Assembly (NCBI GenBank): GCA_964384785.1
Contig: CAYLLH010000049.1
Coordinates: 1-62,774, forward strand
Direction: 5' to 3'
Length of the DNA: 62,774 nt
Origin: an uncultured Thermoplasmatales archaeon
Lineage (GTDB): Archaea; Thermoplasmatota; E2; DHVEG-1
Below are positions 27,901 through 36,883 of this stretch, one piece after another; position 1 is the first letter of the stretch, and every line of letters begins with the position of its first letter. The notes below the pieces were generated by a model. That model did no database searches, was not told the origin of the DNA, and was given only the letters and a program-made list of their open reading frames with translations. The translations under genes and the position numbers were made by a program.

Positions 27901-28108
27901 AGAATTCATCAGGGAACATGTCTTTCATGCTCTGATTAGTTTTGAAAATGTTTGAAATTGTTTTATCTGCAAAGTATATTTTGTTAGAAGATCCAGTGGT
28001 GTTGTCTGCTGCTTTTACATTCTCTGAAGGGATAAAAACAACTGAGAGTATACTGAGAATAAAGATTAAAGTGATGAAGTATGCTCTGAATTTCTTGTTA
28101 TGTATCAT
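24953..28108 (-). CDS. very large surface protein (S-layer/adhesin-like) with internal TM and C-terminal CARDB/NEW3-like Ig domains
   Basis: Signal peptide (..SVVFIPSENVKA), about 800 aa of beta-rich sequence, a TM GGFLLFVVLFIILIFVIAAIVII (about nt 25545..25615), then two Ig-like modules (YTITVHNPSNKTMNYQINV..; FKLENKGGVAAKNVNVVLKVNGE). Confidence 0.6.
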   Translation of the reverse strand: MIHNKKFRAYFITLIFILSILSVVFIPSENVKAADNTTGSSNKIYFADKTISNIFKTNQSMKDMFPDEFSLSNITNFEETILTIIDNLMSNTEGGITDTLEFISNLKKQPSMTSTAPTSTEDIIFPPDPLILSPKRTENGEFISWALLWLINKAGEELTEKASEYLGGEINYQDLIELITGGEIDLNPLKMTHVYNIEDTRILSGDFKFNLYHSNYIPSRLSSSKIASFIEDFYPLGIKDQIKVQVYKANSEEKDVLICDHTVDVENNLFDKINNQIINAGSASLAINKGEKLKFSVEVIPGETKPIDFFTKDLNTSNSGLITLIESIGEIALSIAETMKNQDQIEILKEYGKELENITQLIIGFANSTLEDSNNTFIYDFFHDATAASIIYGSSSHTSYVDIPLDVKGQYTVDYLLHDENKLIDSENFDGEQKKLDLSENEGSWSTVNSLSRSKIIKQAQANIYIDYHDLKLINRDAVSIVGELYDVKGNNEDLIKTSEYELDFRSSLLNSNKIVIDFGEINEEIPFDHNLKLKINAEFDKGILGLTRDSKILFNDEKSPSSLTVEYEDTDHIQINSIQIGDDKKYTAEDFPNIYPMAAGENEFFVLNVTSKYAEELKITTSKESNNWEIELIDDSYDISKDGYVLIPFYVNHTFENLEAYENDDSIYVELEVGGKTGLDKLGFLAEVSYEGVDYDVLISDLSTKFVETGKTNSLSFSLENNNNGLKIDDYELSVKFAKEEWKASLSDESFDGVEAKEKLDFNIKVNVPKDTDLEKNVLMITVTSKESGESFVFNVTTKVKNPSIFEMIYNVFQDAAESMGLDSILGDFAGGFLLFVVLFIILIFVIAAIVIIKKEYMEVICVDRVREISADEAAEYTITVHNPSNKTMNYQINVERKTDSEGWMVTLDKDSVMVEPKGFKSVNLTVEPSDLIESDDWIEVKITVRAIEKQKIEELSVITTITDQKPDLRISGMFHWPRAFREGDKVTTSFKLENKGGVAAKNVNVVLKVNGEVKNKVENIDIPRGGFAEIEIPWIAEKGKNEVDIEVNQ

Positions 28109-28406
28109 GTGGTTTCTTCACCTGCATAAGATAATTTCGGGTCATTAATATATAAATCTTTGTTTACAAGAGTTGTCATTTTAATTTTTACCTGCTTTTC
28201 CGTCATTTTTTTTATGGCCCCTATACTTAATAATATATTTAATATTTAATAAATATTTTGCCTATAAATACCTTTTATATTAATAATAACATGAAAATTT
28301 GGTAAAATAGACGGATATAAGCATTTTTTGATAAAAAATAAATACACCTAAAACCATCTTACGAATAGCAAAAAAAGATCTTATTAGATTTTTTTGAAGG
28401 TGGTCG

Positions 28407-29348
28407 ATGAGGCAAAAAACAAACAAAAGAGGGATACTTAGTTATTCAACAATATTACTATTATCTTTCCTGTTAATCTTGACTTTATCAACAATATGTG
28501 TAGAAGCTGCAGAAAAACCAACGTTGGAAATCAATAGAGATGATTGGATAGTAGAACCAAATGAACAATTCTCAGTAACTGTTACAGATCAAAATGGAAC
28601 AAAAATACAAGATGCTAAAGTTACTATAGATGGTGGTATGGATGAAATCGAAACAAACTCAAATGGAGTTGCATATCTTACAGCTCCATCAAAACAGGGA
28701 AGATATCAGATAGTTGCAACAAAAAACGGTTATTCTCCATTTAAAGGAGAAATCAGGGTTGATGCTGGACCTCCATTTTGGGAGACAACCACATTTCCAA
28801 TTATATTAGGCGGAATATGTTTAATTGGTGCAATAATATTTGTCTACTTTAGAGAAAAAAAATCAATTTATAACAGGGCAACACAAATATCAAAAGACAA
28901 TATTTTACAAAAATATGCAACATCACAAAACAATACAACTAATAAAGAACAACCAACACAGACAAAAAATCAGTCAAATATAAATGAAAATAAAAAAAAT
29001 ATTTATCAAAATCCTTATCATCCAAAACCAATAAGATCTACACATGAAAATAATTCAAAAGTAGAAGAAATAAGAATCAGACGACCTCGTAAAGAAAGAG
29101 AAGTGGTATCAGTTGAAGAAGAAAAAGATGTAGCTGAAAAAGTTGTTCAGGATGCAAAAATGAAAAAACGAGACGATGACTGGTTCCAAGGAAACGAAGA
29201 TGCTAAATATGAAATTGGAAAGATAACTGGAGAGGTTGATGAGGAACAAATAGATAAATGGTTCGAAGGCTATGATAGTCTTAAAGAAAAAATAGATGAA
29301 AAAGTAAAAAAAGATAAGAAAAAAAGAAAAAAGGATGAAGAAGACTAA
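28407..29348 (+). CDS. membrane protein with extracellular carboxypeptidase-regulatory-like (Ig/prealbumin) domain and Lys/Glu-rich cytoplasmic tail
   Basis: Signal peptide, FSVTVTDQNGTKIQDAKVTIDG..GRYQIVATKNGYSP, TM FPIILGGICLIGAIIFVYF, then a low-complexity tail. Confidence 0.55.
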   Translation: MRQKTNKRGILSYSTILLLSFLLILTLSTICVEAAEKPTLEINRDDWIVEPNEQFSVTVTDQNGTKIQDAKVTIDGGMDEIETNSNGVAYLTAPSKQGRYQIVATKNGYSPFKGEIRVDAGPPFWETTTFPIILGGICLIGAIIFVYFREKKSIYNRATQISKDNILQKYATSQNNTTNKEQPTQTKNQSNINENKKNIYQNPYHPKPIRSTHENNSKVEEIRIRRPRKEREVVSVEEEKDVAEKVVQDAKMKKRDDDWFQGNEDAKYEIGKITGEVDEEQIDKWFEGYDSLKEKIDEKVKKDKKKRKKDEED

Positions 29349-29361
29349 ATCTTTTTTTTTG

Positions 29362-30279
29362 TTACTTTTTTAGTTTAACCTCTGTTTTATAGAAATCATT
29401 GGGAACAAAAGATTTTTTAAAAACTTTTTTTGCTTCATCAAGAATCTCATTATGGTTGTTATAACGCGGGCTGATATGTGTTAAAAAAAGTTTTTTAACA
29501 TCTGCGTTTTTTGCTATTTCAGCTGCTTGAGCTGCGGTAGAATGACCATATTTGTTTGCATCTTTTATTTCTGAATTAAAAGTAGCTTCATGAATTAAAA
29601 CATCAGCATTTTCTGCATGTTTAATAGTGTTTTTACAGGGTTTTGTATCTCCTGAAATAACAATTTTTCTACCCTGTCTTGATGGGCCCATCACCATCTC
29701 AGGGGTAATTTTTTCACCATTTTCAAGAGTAACATTATTTCCCTTCTGCAACTTTGAAAATAAAGGTCCTTCAGGTACTCCAAGTTTTAAAGCCTTAGGT
29801 TTATCAAATCTTCCAGGTCTCATGTTTTCTTGGTAAACAAAACCGTAAGCTGGAATATTATGATCAACTTGAAAGGGTTTGATCTTATAATCTTTGAAAT
29901 CAATTTCTTCTTCTTTTTCATACTCATGAAGAATTATTTGATAATTTGGTTTAAAATAACCAAGAGTTAGTAATCTTGTACCTAGTTCGATCATACCAGA
30001 TGGACCATAAATATGCAATGGTTTCTCTCGGTCATTAAGCTGCATAGTTTGAACCAAACCTGGAAGACCTAGGAAATGATCTCCATGGAAATGAGAAATA
30101 AAAACCTTATTTATCTGCATATAACTAAGATTTGATTTCTGAAACTGACGCTGAGTTCCTTCTCCACAGTCAAATAATGTTATCTCACTTTCTCTTTTTA
30201 TTGCAATAGATGTAACATTGCGTTTAACAGTAGGCCAACTACCACCGGTTCCAAGAAATATTATACTAAGCTGTGTCAT
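29362..30279 (-). CDS. rnz: ribonuclease Z (tRNA 3' endonuclease)
   Basis: Metallo-beta-lactamase motif ISHFHGDHFLGLPGL, FLGTGGS N-terminus, LIHEATF and HST motifs; 305 aa. Confidence 0.9.
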   Translation of the reverse strand: MTQLSIIFLGTGGSWPTVKRNVTSIAIKRESEITLFDCGEGTQRQFQKSNLSYMQINKVFISHFHGDHFLGLPGLVQTMQLNDREKPLHIYGPSGMIELGTRLLTLGYFKPNYQIILHEYEKEEEIDFKDYKIKPFQVDHNIPAYGFVYQENMRPGRFDKPKALKLGVPEGPLFSKLQKGNNVTLENGEKITPEMVMGPSRQGRKIVISGDTKPCKNTIKHAENADVLIHEATFNSEIKDANKYGHSTAAQAAEIAKNADVKKLFLTHISPRYNNHNEILDEAKKVFKKSFVPNDFYKTEVKLKK

Positions 30280-30333
30280 TTTTACAATTATTCCAAATAA
30301 GAGGAAAACAAAGTTAATCTAAAAGTGTTATGG

Positions 30334-31356
30334 TTAATTTTTTTTCTTTAAAACTAAAAAATAACGTGTTAGACTACGATGAACTCTAAAACTAAACATT
30401 TTCTCAAAATTTAAATATTTTCTTCCAACATCTACAATTTTTTTGTCAGGAACACCAACTACTGCTACTCCATTTGTTTTTAAAACCTTTGAAATTTTTT
30501 TAAAAGCTCTTTTATAAAGAATTAATCGATCCTCTCCTTTTGTAGTTGCAGCCTTGCCATATGGCATATCTGTAACAATGCAATCAATGTTTTCTACGAA
30601 ATTATCAATTTCTCCGATATCTGAAACAAATAAATGATAATCTTTTATTTTAAAAAAATCAAGTGTTTTTTTACATCCTTTAATCATTTTTTCTTCAATG
30701 TCGCTTCCCTTTATTTTAAAACCTATTAGACCTGCTTCAATTAAAAAACCACCAGTTCCACAAAAAGGATCAAACAATACTTCATCCTTTTTTATACCTG
30801 AAATATTTACTAAAGCTCTTGCTAAACGAGGATGCAGAGTAATAGGTGAAAAAAAGGGTCTATTCTGAACTTTTCTTTTTTCAAAATCGGATCTATTAAC
30901 AACAGCTTTTTTAATGCCAACATAAATCTTTTTATCTGTTATAAGAGCACGAATCTCAACATCGGGATTTGATAAATCAACTTCGCGGTTTTTTGTGTAA
31001 ACATCAGCAAGTACTTTGACAACTTCTTGTGAATCAATATTCTCTGATCGATTCCTATATTTAACTGCAACAGAACCCTTAGCGATATCATTATTGTTTC
31101 TTGCTTTTTCTTTTAAATCTTCTAACTTAATACTATTTGTAAAAAGAAATTTGTTTATTACAAAAGTTTGAGTGAGTCTATTTGATATTTTCTTTAATTT
31201 TTCTTTGAGTATATTATTTGTTTCTATTAACAAAAAATCTTCAGAGTATTCTAAAACTTTATACTCGATTCCTTCTGAAAAAAGAACTTGTTTTATCTCT
31301 TCCAATGCAAGACTATTATGTTCTTTTGATAACTCAAAAAAATATCTGCTTTTCAT
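30334..31356 (-). CDS. THUMP-domain tRNA (guanine-N2)-methyltransferase (Trm-G10/Trm11 type)
   Basis: N-terminal THUMP-like region, SAM motif I DPFCGTGGFLIEAG, catalytic DMPYG. Confidence 0.85.
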   Translation of the reverse strand: MKSRYFFELSKEHNSLALEEIKQVLFSEGIEYKVLEYSEDFLLIETNNILKEKLKKISNRLTQTFVINKFLFTNSIKLEDLKEKARNNNDIAKGSVAVKYRNRSENIDSQEVVKVLADVYTKNREVDLSNPDVEIRALITDKKIYVGIKKAVVNRSDFEKRKVQNRPFFSPITLHPRLARALVNISGIKKDEVLFDPFCGTGGFLIEAGLIGFKIKGSDIEEKMIKGCKKTLDFFKIKDYHLFVSDIGEIDNFVENIDCIVTDMPYGKAATTKGEDRLILYKRAFKKISKVLKTNGVAVVGVPDKKIVDVGRKYLNFEKMFSFRVHRSLTRYFLVLKKKN

Positions 31357-31402
31357 ATCTAATAGAAAAATGAAAAGTAATAGTTAGTTAATAAAATTTT
31401 TT

Positions 31403-31954
31403 TTACATTAAATCTTCTGATCTTCTAAATTTTTTAGCACAATATGGGCAAATCAATGAATCATAAGGGATCATTTCACCACAGTTCAAACATTTAGTTT
31501 TTGGTATAGTTGATTGATAGGTTGGAATTGATAGTGTCTTTATCTCAATAAATAATGTTCTTTTTTTGTATAGTTGCCATACAATCAAGGGGAAACTTAC
31601 AAATAATGTTAATAAGGAAATATTTAACATTACTTCTTGAAAAGGGTTTCCATATACTATTTTGTTAATACTCTGGATAAATAAAGTTGGAATATAACCA
31701 AGTGCTAAAACAGATCCTAAAATACCTGTTACAAGTGAAGAATGATATGCCCAACTTTTAAAACTTAACAGACCCCAACCTGTAAATATGAAGAAAATAC
31801 CAAGTAGCAAAAAAGGAAAAGCAATAATTAATGAAAAACCTCCATTTGCATTTCCAATAGCATTAAGCCAAAGGCAAAAAGCTCCAACTAATATCCATTC
31901 TGTGACAATTAACAGAACACCCAAAGGAGTTTCTTTTTCTTCAGTTTTTTCCAT
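31403..31954 (-). CDS. multi-TM protein with C-terminal zinc ribbon
   Basis: 4-5 hydrophobic segments, then CLNCGEMIPYDSLICPYCAKKF. Confidence 0.55.
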   Translation of the reverse strand: MEKTEEKETPLGVLLIVTEWILVGAFCLWLNAIGNANGGFSLIIAFPFLLLGIFFIFTGWGLLSFKSWAYHSSLVTGILGSVLALGYIPTLFIQSINKIVYGNPFQEVMLNISLLTLFVSFPLIVWQLYKKRTLFIEIKTLSIPTYQSTIPKTKCLNCGEMIPYDSLICPYCAKKFRRSEDLM

Positions 31955-31971
31955 AGAATTCTTTTTCCATA

Positions 31972-32445
31972 TTATTTTTTGTATTTCTTAAAAAACAAAG
32001 CAATAACTGCAATCGCTGTAATTAGGTAAAAAAATTCGAAACCTGGTGTTTCAGGAGCCTCTTTATATGCTTCTTGTTTTTCTGAAGATGTATACATTCC
32101 ATCTGAAGTATAATTATCGTCATCTGTGGGTTCGTAATCTTCATCTGAGATGTCCCACATAAGCATAGGTGAAGCCATAGCATAGATCAATAAAATTATC
32201 AAACCCAGTATCATCAGAAGCATTTTGAGGTTTTTATCAATATTTTTTACGATTATTGCTCCTACAATCATAGAGCTTGTTAAGAAACCTAAACCTATCA
32301 TTTTAAGAAACGATGAAACCTTATATGACATAAGAGCGTCTTCAGTTGGTGGAAAAACTCTATAAATCATTCCACCTACAAAAAAAAGAGCTATACCAAC
32401 AATTATCCCAATTATTATCAAATCTTTCTTCTCTATTTTTATCAT
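31972..32445 (-). CDS. small membrane protein, paralogue A, with acidic loop and PGF-type C-terminal tail
   Basis: N-terminus KKDLIIIGIIVGIALFFVGG matches KKNLVIIGIAGGILLFFLG of 32465..32761. The C-terminus is PETPGFEFFYLITAIAVIALFFKKYKK. Confidence 0.55.
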   Translation of the reverse strand: MIKIEKKDLIIIGIIVGIALFFVGGMIYRVFPPTEDALMSYKVSSFLKMIGLGFLTSSMIVGAIIVKNIDKNLKMLLMILGLIILLIYAMASPMLMWDISDEDYEPTDDDNYTSDGMYTSSEKQEAYKEAPETPGFEFFYLITAIAVIALFFKKYKK

Positions 32446-32464
32446 CTTTTTTTCACAAGCTCCT

Positions 32465-32761
32465 TTATATAGTATCTGAGAATGTAAACAACATAATGTT
32501 AATTAGTAGTAAAATCAAACCAAAAATCAGTATCAGGCTTTTCGTGTCTTTTTCTATTTTCTCGATAAAAAACCCACCAATTATCATAGATATGCAGATT
32601 ATACCCATACCACTTAATCTTACCATTGTAGATATCTGACGTGGTAGTTGATATGTGTTAGTTGTGGGCCCCAACAAAAAATTTAAACCAAGACCAAGAA
32701 AAAAAAGTAAAATACCGCCGGCTATACCAATTATTACTAAATTTTTTTTATTTAACTTCAT
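32465..32761 (-). CDS. small three-TM membrane protein, paralogue B
   Basis: Collinear with the first ~95 aa of 31972..32445 (same TM pattern, KNLxMLLMILGLIILL vs KSLILIFGLILLL). Confidence 0.55.
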   Translation of the reverse strand: MKLNKKNLVIIGIAGGILLFFLGLGLNFLLGPTTNTYQLPRQISTMVRLSGMGIICISMIIGGFFIEKIEKDTKSLILIFGLILLLINIMLFTFSDTI

Positions 32762-32860
32762 TCATCCCAAACCTCTACTAAAAGAAACATTTAGTTTATA
32801 TATAATTATTATGGTTTAATAAAAAAAACACAAAAAAAGAGGTTTAAAGGATAAATTATT

Positions 32861-33166
32861 CTATTCTTCTTTTTTCATAGTGGATTTTAAGCATTTGCTC
32901 ATACTTTGTTGAGCTTCAAGACCGAAAACCATAGGTGCATCATCTGCCCATTTACCAAATGCTTCAACAAGATCTTCTACTGACGCCTCATCCTTTGTTG
33001 ACCAACTATCCTGTTCTAATTCCTCGTTGTCGATAAATGCTTTAAATTTTTTTGCTCCTTCATCTGTTACAAAAATGTTAAAAGTTGATTGTTTTCCATC
33101 TTGGTCTTGTTTGTAGAAAACACAGCTTTTTGAACTTGATTGATATATTCCATATCTATTAGTCAT
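32861..33166 (-). CDS. hypothetical small acidic protein
   Basis: 101-aa ORF with ordinary composition. No motif recognised. Confidence 0.4.
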   Translation of the reverse strand: MTNRYGIYQSSSKSCVFYKQDQDGKQSTFNIFVTDEGAKKFKAFIDNEELEQDSWSTKDEASVEDLVEAFGKWADDAPMVFGLEAQQSMSKCLKSTMKKEE

Positions 33167-33339
33167 AAATAATCATACCCTCCAATCTTAAAATATTTTT
33201 CTTAAAAATTATTATGTGTTTATGGTTTTTAATAATAACTGATAAAACATATTAACTAAAAACTTTCCTGAATTAATAAAAATCATAATTTTATTAAATA
33301 TAAGCTTGTTTCTTTTTTTTATAAACATGGGGTTTTTTA

Positions 33340-33783
33340 ATGTCAGATAGACCATCTTATGATGAATATTTCATGGAAATGGCGGATGTTGTTGCTAAAA
33401 GAAGTACATGTCTTAGAAGAAAAGTAGGTGCTATTCTTGTTAAAAACAAGCATATTCTTAGCACTGGTTATAATGGTGCTCCGAAGGGTTTAAAACATTG
33501 TGAAGAAGTAGGTTGTATTAGAACAAAGTTGAATGTTCCTTCTGGTCAAAGACATGAGTTGTGTAGGGGTTTACATGCTGAACAGAATGCGATAATTCAA
33601 GCAGCTGTTTTTGGTGTTTCTATTGTTGATTCTACTCTTTATTGTACAAATACTCCTTGTGTAGTATGTGTGAAAATGCTGATAAATGCAGGTGTAAAAG
33701 AAATTGTTTTTTCAGGTGATTATCCGGATGAGCTTGCAAAAAAAATGCTACAGGAGAGTGAGATTAAAATTAGGAAATTTTAA
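33340..33783 (+). CDS. dCMP deaminase (ComEB-type cytidine/deoxycytidylate deaminase)
   Basis: Zinc motifs HAEQNAI and [13 protein letters not shown]; 147 aa. Confidence 0.9.
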   Translation: MSDRPSYDEYFMEMADVVAKRSTCLRRKVGAILVKNKHILSTGYNGAPKGLKHCEEVGCIRTKLNVPSGQRHELCRGLHAEQNAIIQAAVFGVSIVDSTLYCTNTPCVVCVKMLINAGVKEIVFSGDYPDELAKKMLQESEIKIRKF

Positions 33784-33863
33784 TAATTTCAAAAAAGAAT
33801 TGTAGTTTGAAAAAATGAGAAAAATATAAATACTCATGAATGATTAAACATAGATGAGGAGAC

Positions 33864-34250
33864 ATGAAGAGGAAGAACTCACTCGTTTTAGATGAAGAAG
33901 ATGACAAAGCCGTAGAGCTTTTCACGGAGCTTGGGATGCCTAAAAATCTTGCGAAAACATTGATGTATATTTCACAAGTTGAAGAGTGCAGATCTGCTGA
34001 TGTCGAACAAGGTGCAGATCTCCGACAACCTGAAGTAAGTGTAGCAATGCAAGAACTCCGAAGGAGAGGATGGGCGAAAAAACGCGACCTTAAAAAGAAA
34101 GGAAAAGGCCGTCCAGTTCATTTGTATAAACTTACAAAACCTTTACCAAGAATCCTAGAAAGCTTTGAAAAAGAGAAGATGCAACAGGTTGAAACAATAA
34201 AAAACGACCTAGATGATCTTCATGGTTTAATACAGAGATATAAAAACTAA
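33864..34250 (+). CDS. winged-helix DNA-binding protein (ArsR-like)
   Basis: LGMPKNLAKTLMYISQVEECRSADVEQGADLRQPEVSVAMQELRRRGW..GRPVHLYKL fits HTH plus wing. Confidence 0.55.
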   Translation: MKRKNSLVLDEEDDKAVELFTELGMPKNLAKTLMYISQVEECRSADVEQGADLRQPEVSVAMQELRRRGWAKKRDLKKKGKGRPVHLYKLTKPLPRILESFEKEKMQQVETIKNDLDDLHGLIQRYKN

Positions 34251-34396
34251 TATTCTGTAAATATTTCAAAGTCTAAAACGTTCAAAGGTTAAATATTATT
34301 CGTTCAATAAAAATAATTTTCTACTTTTTTTTCTAGTTATTTTTATATTTATAAAATGCCTATTTCAAAAAAAGTATGCAGAGGGATATATAAAAT

Positions 34397-35491
34397 TTGA
34401 AAAAAAGAGTGCAAAAAGTTTTTGAGAATCATAAAGCGGACCTTGAAGCAATTTTAATAAAAAACTCTTCGGAACCCTATATTGATAGTAACTTTTTTTA
34501 TACAACTGGACTAAAAAAAGGTTTATTTGAAAACTCTGTAGCAGTACTTTTTTCTGATGGATATATAGATCTTATAGTGCCAAGTCTTGAAGAAGTAAGT
34601 GCAAAAAAAGCAGTTGATTCAGAAATTTATGTTTATTCAAATAAAGATGAATATATCAAAAATCTAAAAAATTCTTTAAAAAATAATAAAAAAATTGGTT
34701 TAAATTTTAATTCTATAACATACAAGGATTTTAAAAATTTTGAAGAATTATTTTCTAATTCTGAATTTTTTGATGCCGAAGAAAGCTTTAGTAAAACTCG
34801 AAGAGTAAAAGATGAAAAAGAAATATTTTTTATTAAAAAAGCATCAGAAATTGTTGACCGGGTTGTAGAAAAAATTCCAGAAATTGTAACTGAGGGTATA
34901 CACGAGTTTGAGTTGGCTAGTGAAATGGAATATCTGATGGGAAGATATGGATCTGATAAACCTGCTTTTGAAACAATTTCTTCTTTTGGGTCAAACACTG
35001 CTGAGCCGCATTATACTCACGGTAAAAAAAAGATTTCTGATGGTGATTTTGTTTTATGTGATTTTGGTGCAAATTACATGAAATATAATTCAGATATCAC
35101 AAGGACTTTTATTTTTGGGAATTGTTCTGAAAAACAAAAAAAGATCTATGAAACCGTTAAACAAGCTCAACAAAAAGGTTTGGAATTAATAAAACCTGGT
35201 GTGAAAGCATCAGAGGTTCATAAGGTTGTTTTTGATTTTATACAAAATAGTCCATTTAAAGATTGTTTTATTCATTCAACGGGTCATTCTCTGGGTTTAG
35301 ATGTTCATGATCCTGGTTTATCGATAAATTCTGAAAGTGATGTTGTTCTTGAGGAAAACATGGTTTTCACTGTTGAGCCAGGTGTTTACATTCCAGGTTT
35401 TGGTGGTGTTAGAATAGAGGATGATATTCGTGTCATTGGTGATGGTTTCGAATTTTTAACTGAATCTTCTAAAGATATTGTAAACATCTGA
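34397..35491 (+). CDS. M24-family Xaa-Pro aminopeptidase/dipeptidase
   Basis: Pita-bread metal ligands: DFG..NSDITRT, HSTGHSLGLDVHD, EPGVY..GFGGVRIEDD. Apparent TTG start. Confidence 0.88.
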   Translation: MKKRVQKVFENHKADLEAILIKNSSEPYIDSNFFYTTGLKKGLFENSVAVLFSDGYIDLIVPSLEEVSAKKAVDSEIYVYSNKDEYIKNLKNSLKNNKKIGLNFNSITYKDFKNFEELFSNSEFFDAEESFSKTRRVKDEKEIFFIKKASEIVDRVVEKIPEIVTEGIHEFELASEMEYLMGRYGSDKPAFETISSFGSNTAEPHYTHGKKKISDGDFVLCDFGANYMKYNSDITRTFIFGNCSEKQKKIYETVKQAQQKGLELIKPGVKASEVHKVVFDFIQNSPFKDCFIHSTGHSLGLDVHDPGLSINSESDVVLEENMVFTVEPGVYIPGFGGVRIEDDIRVIGDGFEFLTESSKDIVNI

Positions 35492-35570
35492 AAAACTGTA
35501 TTATAAAACTAGTTTTTTTCCATTACCTTTTTAATAGTATTTTTTATACCTTGTTCTGAGTGGTGTTTTT

Positions 35571-36866
35571 ATGAGTTGGTATGAAGATGCTGAATTTATT
35601 AAAAAACAGGCAATATTAAACAATGAATTTTACAGCCGATCTCTTCCTATGATAGCAAGTGAAAACGTGTTATCTCCTATGGTTAAAGAGATGTTGGTTA
35701 CAGATTTCCATGGACGTTATGCAGAGGGAACTCCTGGTAACCGTTATTATGAAGGCTGTCAGTATTTCGATAAAGTAGAAGAAAAGGCTATAGAGCTTGC
35801 TAAAAAACTTTTTAATTGTAATTATGCAGATGTTCGACCTACAGCGGGTACTACTGCTAATATGGCGGTTTTAAAAGCGCTTATTAAACCCGGTGAGACA
35901 GCAACTGTTCTAGATCTTGCAAATGGTGCTCATATCAGTTTTGGAAAATGGGGTGCAGCTGCTTTACGTGGTATTAACTTGGTTTCGTATCCTTTCAAAA
36001 ACGATATTATGAACATTGATATTGATGGAGCTGTCAAACTTATTAAAAAAACGAAGCCAAAGGTTTGTTTGAATGGTCGTTCTGTTTTCTTATTCCCAAG
36101 CCCTATTAAGGAATTGGCTGAAGCTGCTCATGATGTTGGAGCATATCTAGTGTATGATGCAGCGCATGTATTAGGTCTTATTGCTGGTAAACAGTTTCAG
36201 GATCCACTTCGTGAAGGAGCAGATGTTATGACAGGTAGCACACATAAAACACTACCAGGCCCTCAGGGCGGTATGGTTATTTCAGATCATACAGGAGAGA
36301 CTAAAGAAGATAAATCTTTTTTAATGAGACTAAATTTTGGTGTATTTCCTGGTGTCACATCATCATATCATCTTCATCATGTAGCTGGTAAAGCAATAGC
36401 TTATGCTGAACATCTTGAATTCGGAGAAAAATATGCTAGGCAGACGATAAAAAATGCTAAAAGCCTCGCTCAAGCCTTATATGAAAGAGGTTTCAAAGTA
36501 TTCGGAGAACAACTTGGATTTACAGAATCTCATCAGATACTAATGGCTGTAGGTCAAGGTAAAGGAAAAGAAGCTTCTTCTAAACTAGTAAATGCAGGTA
36601 TTGTAACAAATATGAACACTATACCCGGTGATAAAGACCCGATGAACCCATCAGGTTTAAGACTTGGTACACCTGAATTAACACGTATTGGTATGAAAGA
36701 AAACGATATGCAGGATATCGCAGATTTCTACATACGGGTTTTAGAAAACAATGAAAACCCTGAAACTGTAGCAGAAGATGTCGCAGAATTCAGAAAAAAC
36801 TTCCAAGAAATACATTACTGTTTCAAAGAAGGATTCAAAGGCTACGAATACCTTGAAATATACTAA
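35571..36866 (+). CDS. glyA: serine hydroxymethyltransferase
   Basis: LIASENV-type N-terminus (MIASENVLSP), RYYEGC, PLP-lysine motif GSTHKTLPGPQGG. Confidence 0.95.
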   Translation: MSWYEDAEFIKKQAILNNEFYSRSLPMIASENVLSPMVKEMLVTDFHGRYAEGTPGNRYYEGCQYFDKVEEKAIELAKKLFNCNYADVRPTAGTTANMAVLKALIKPGETATVLDLANGAHISFGKWGAAALRGINLVSYPFKNDIMNIDIDGAVKLIKKTKPKVCLNGRSVFLFPSPIKELAEAAHDVGAYLVYDAAHVLGLIAGKQFQDPLREGADVMTGSTHKTLPGPQGGMVISDHTGETKEDKSFLMRLNFGVFPGVTSSYHLHHVAGKAIAYAEHLEFGEKYARQTIKNAKSLAQALYERGFKVFGEQLGFTESHQILMAVGQGKGKEASSKLVNAGIVTNMNTIPGDKDPMNPSGLRLGTPELTRIGMKENDMQDIADFYIRVLENNENPETVAEDVAEFRKNFQEIHYCFKEGFKGYEYLEIY

Positions 36867-36883
36867 ATCCTTTTCTTTTTTTT

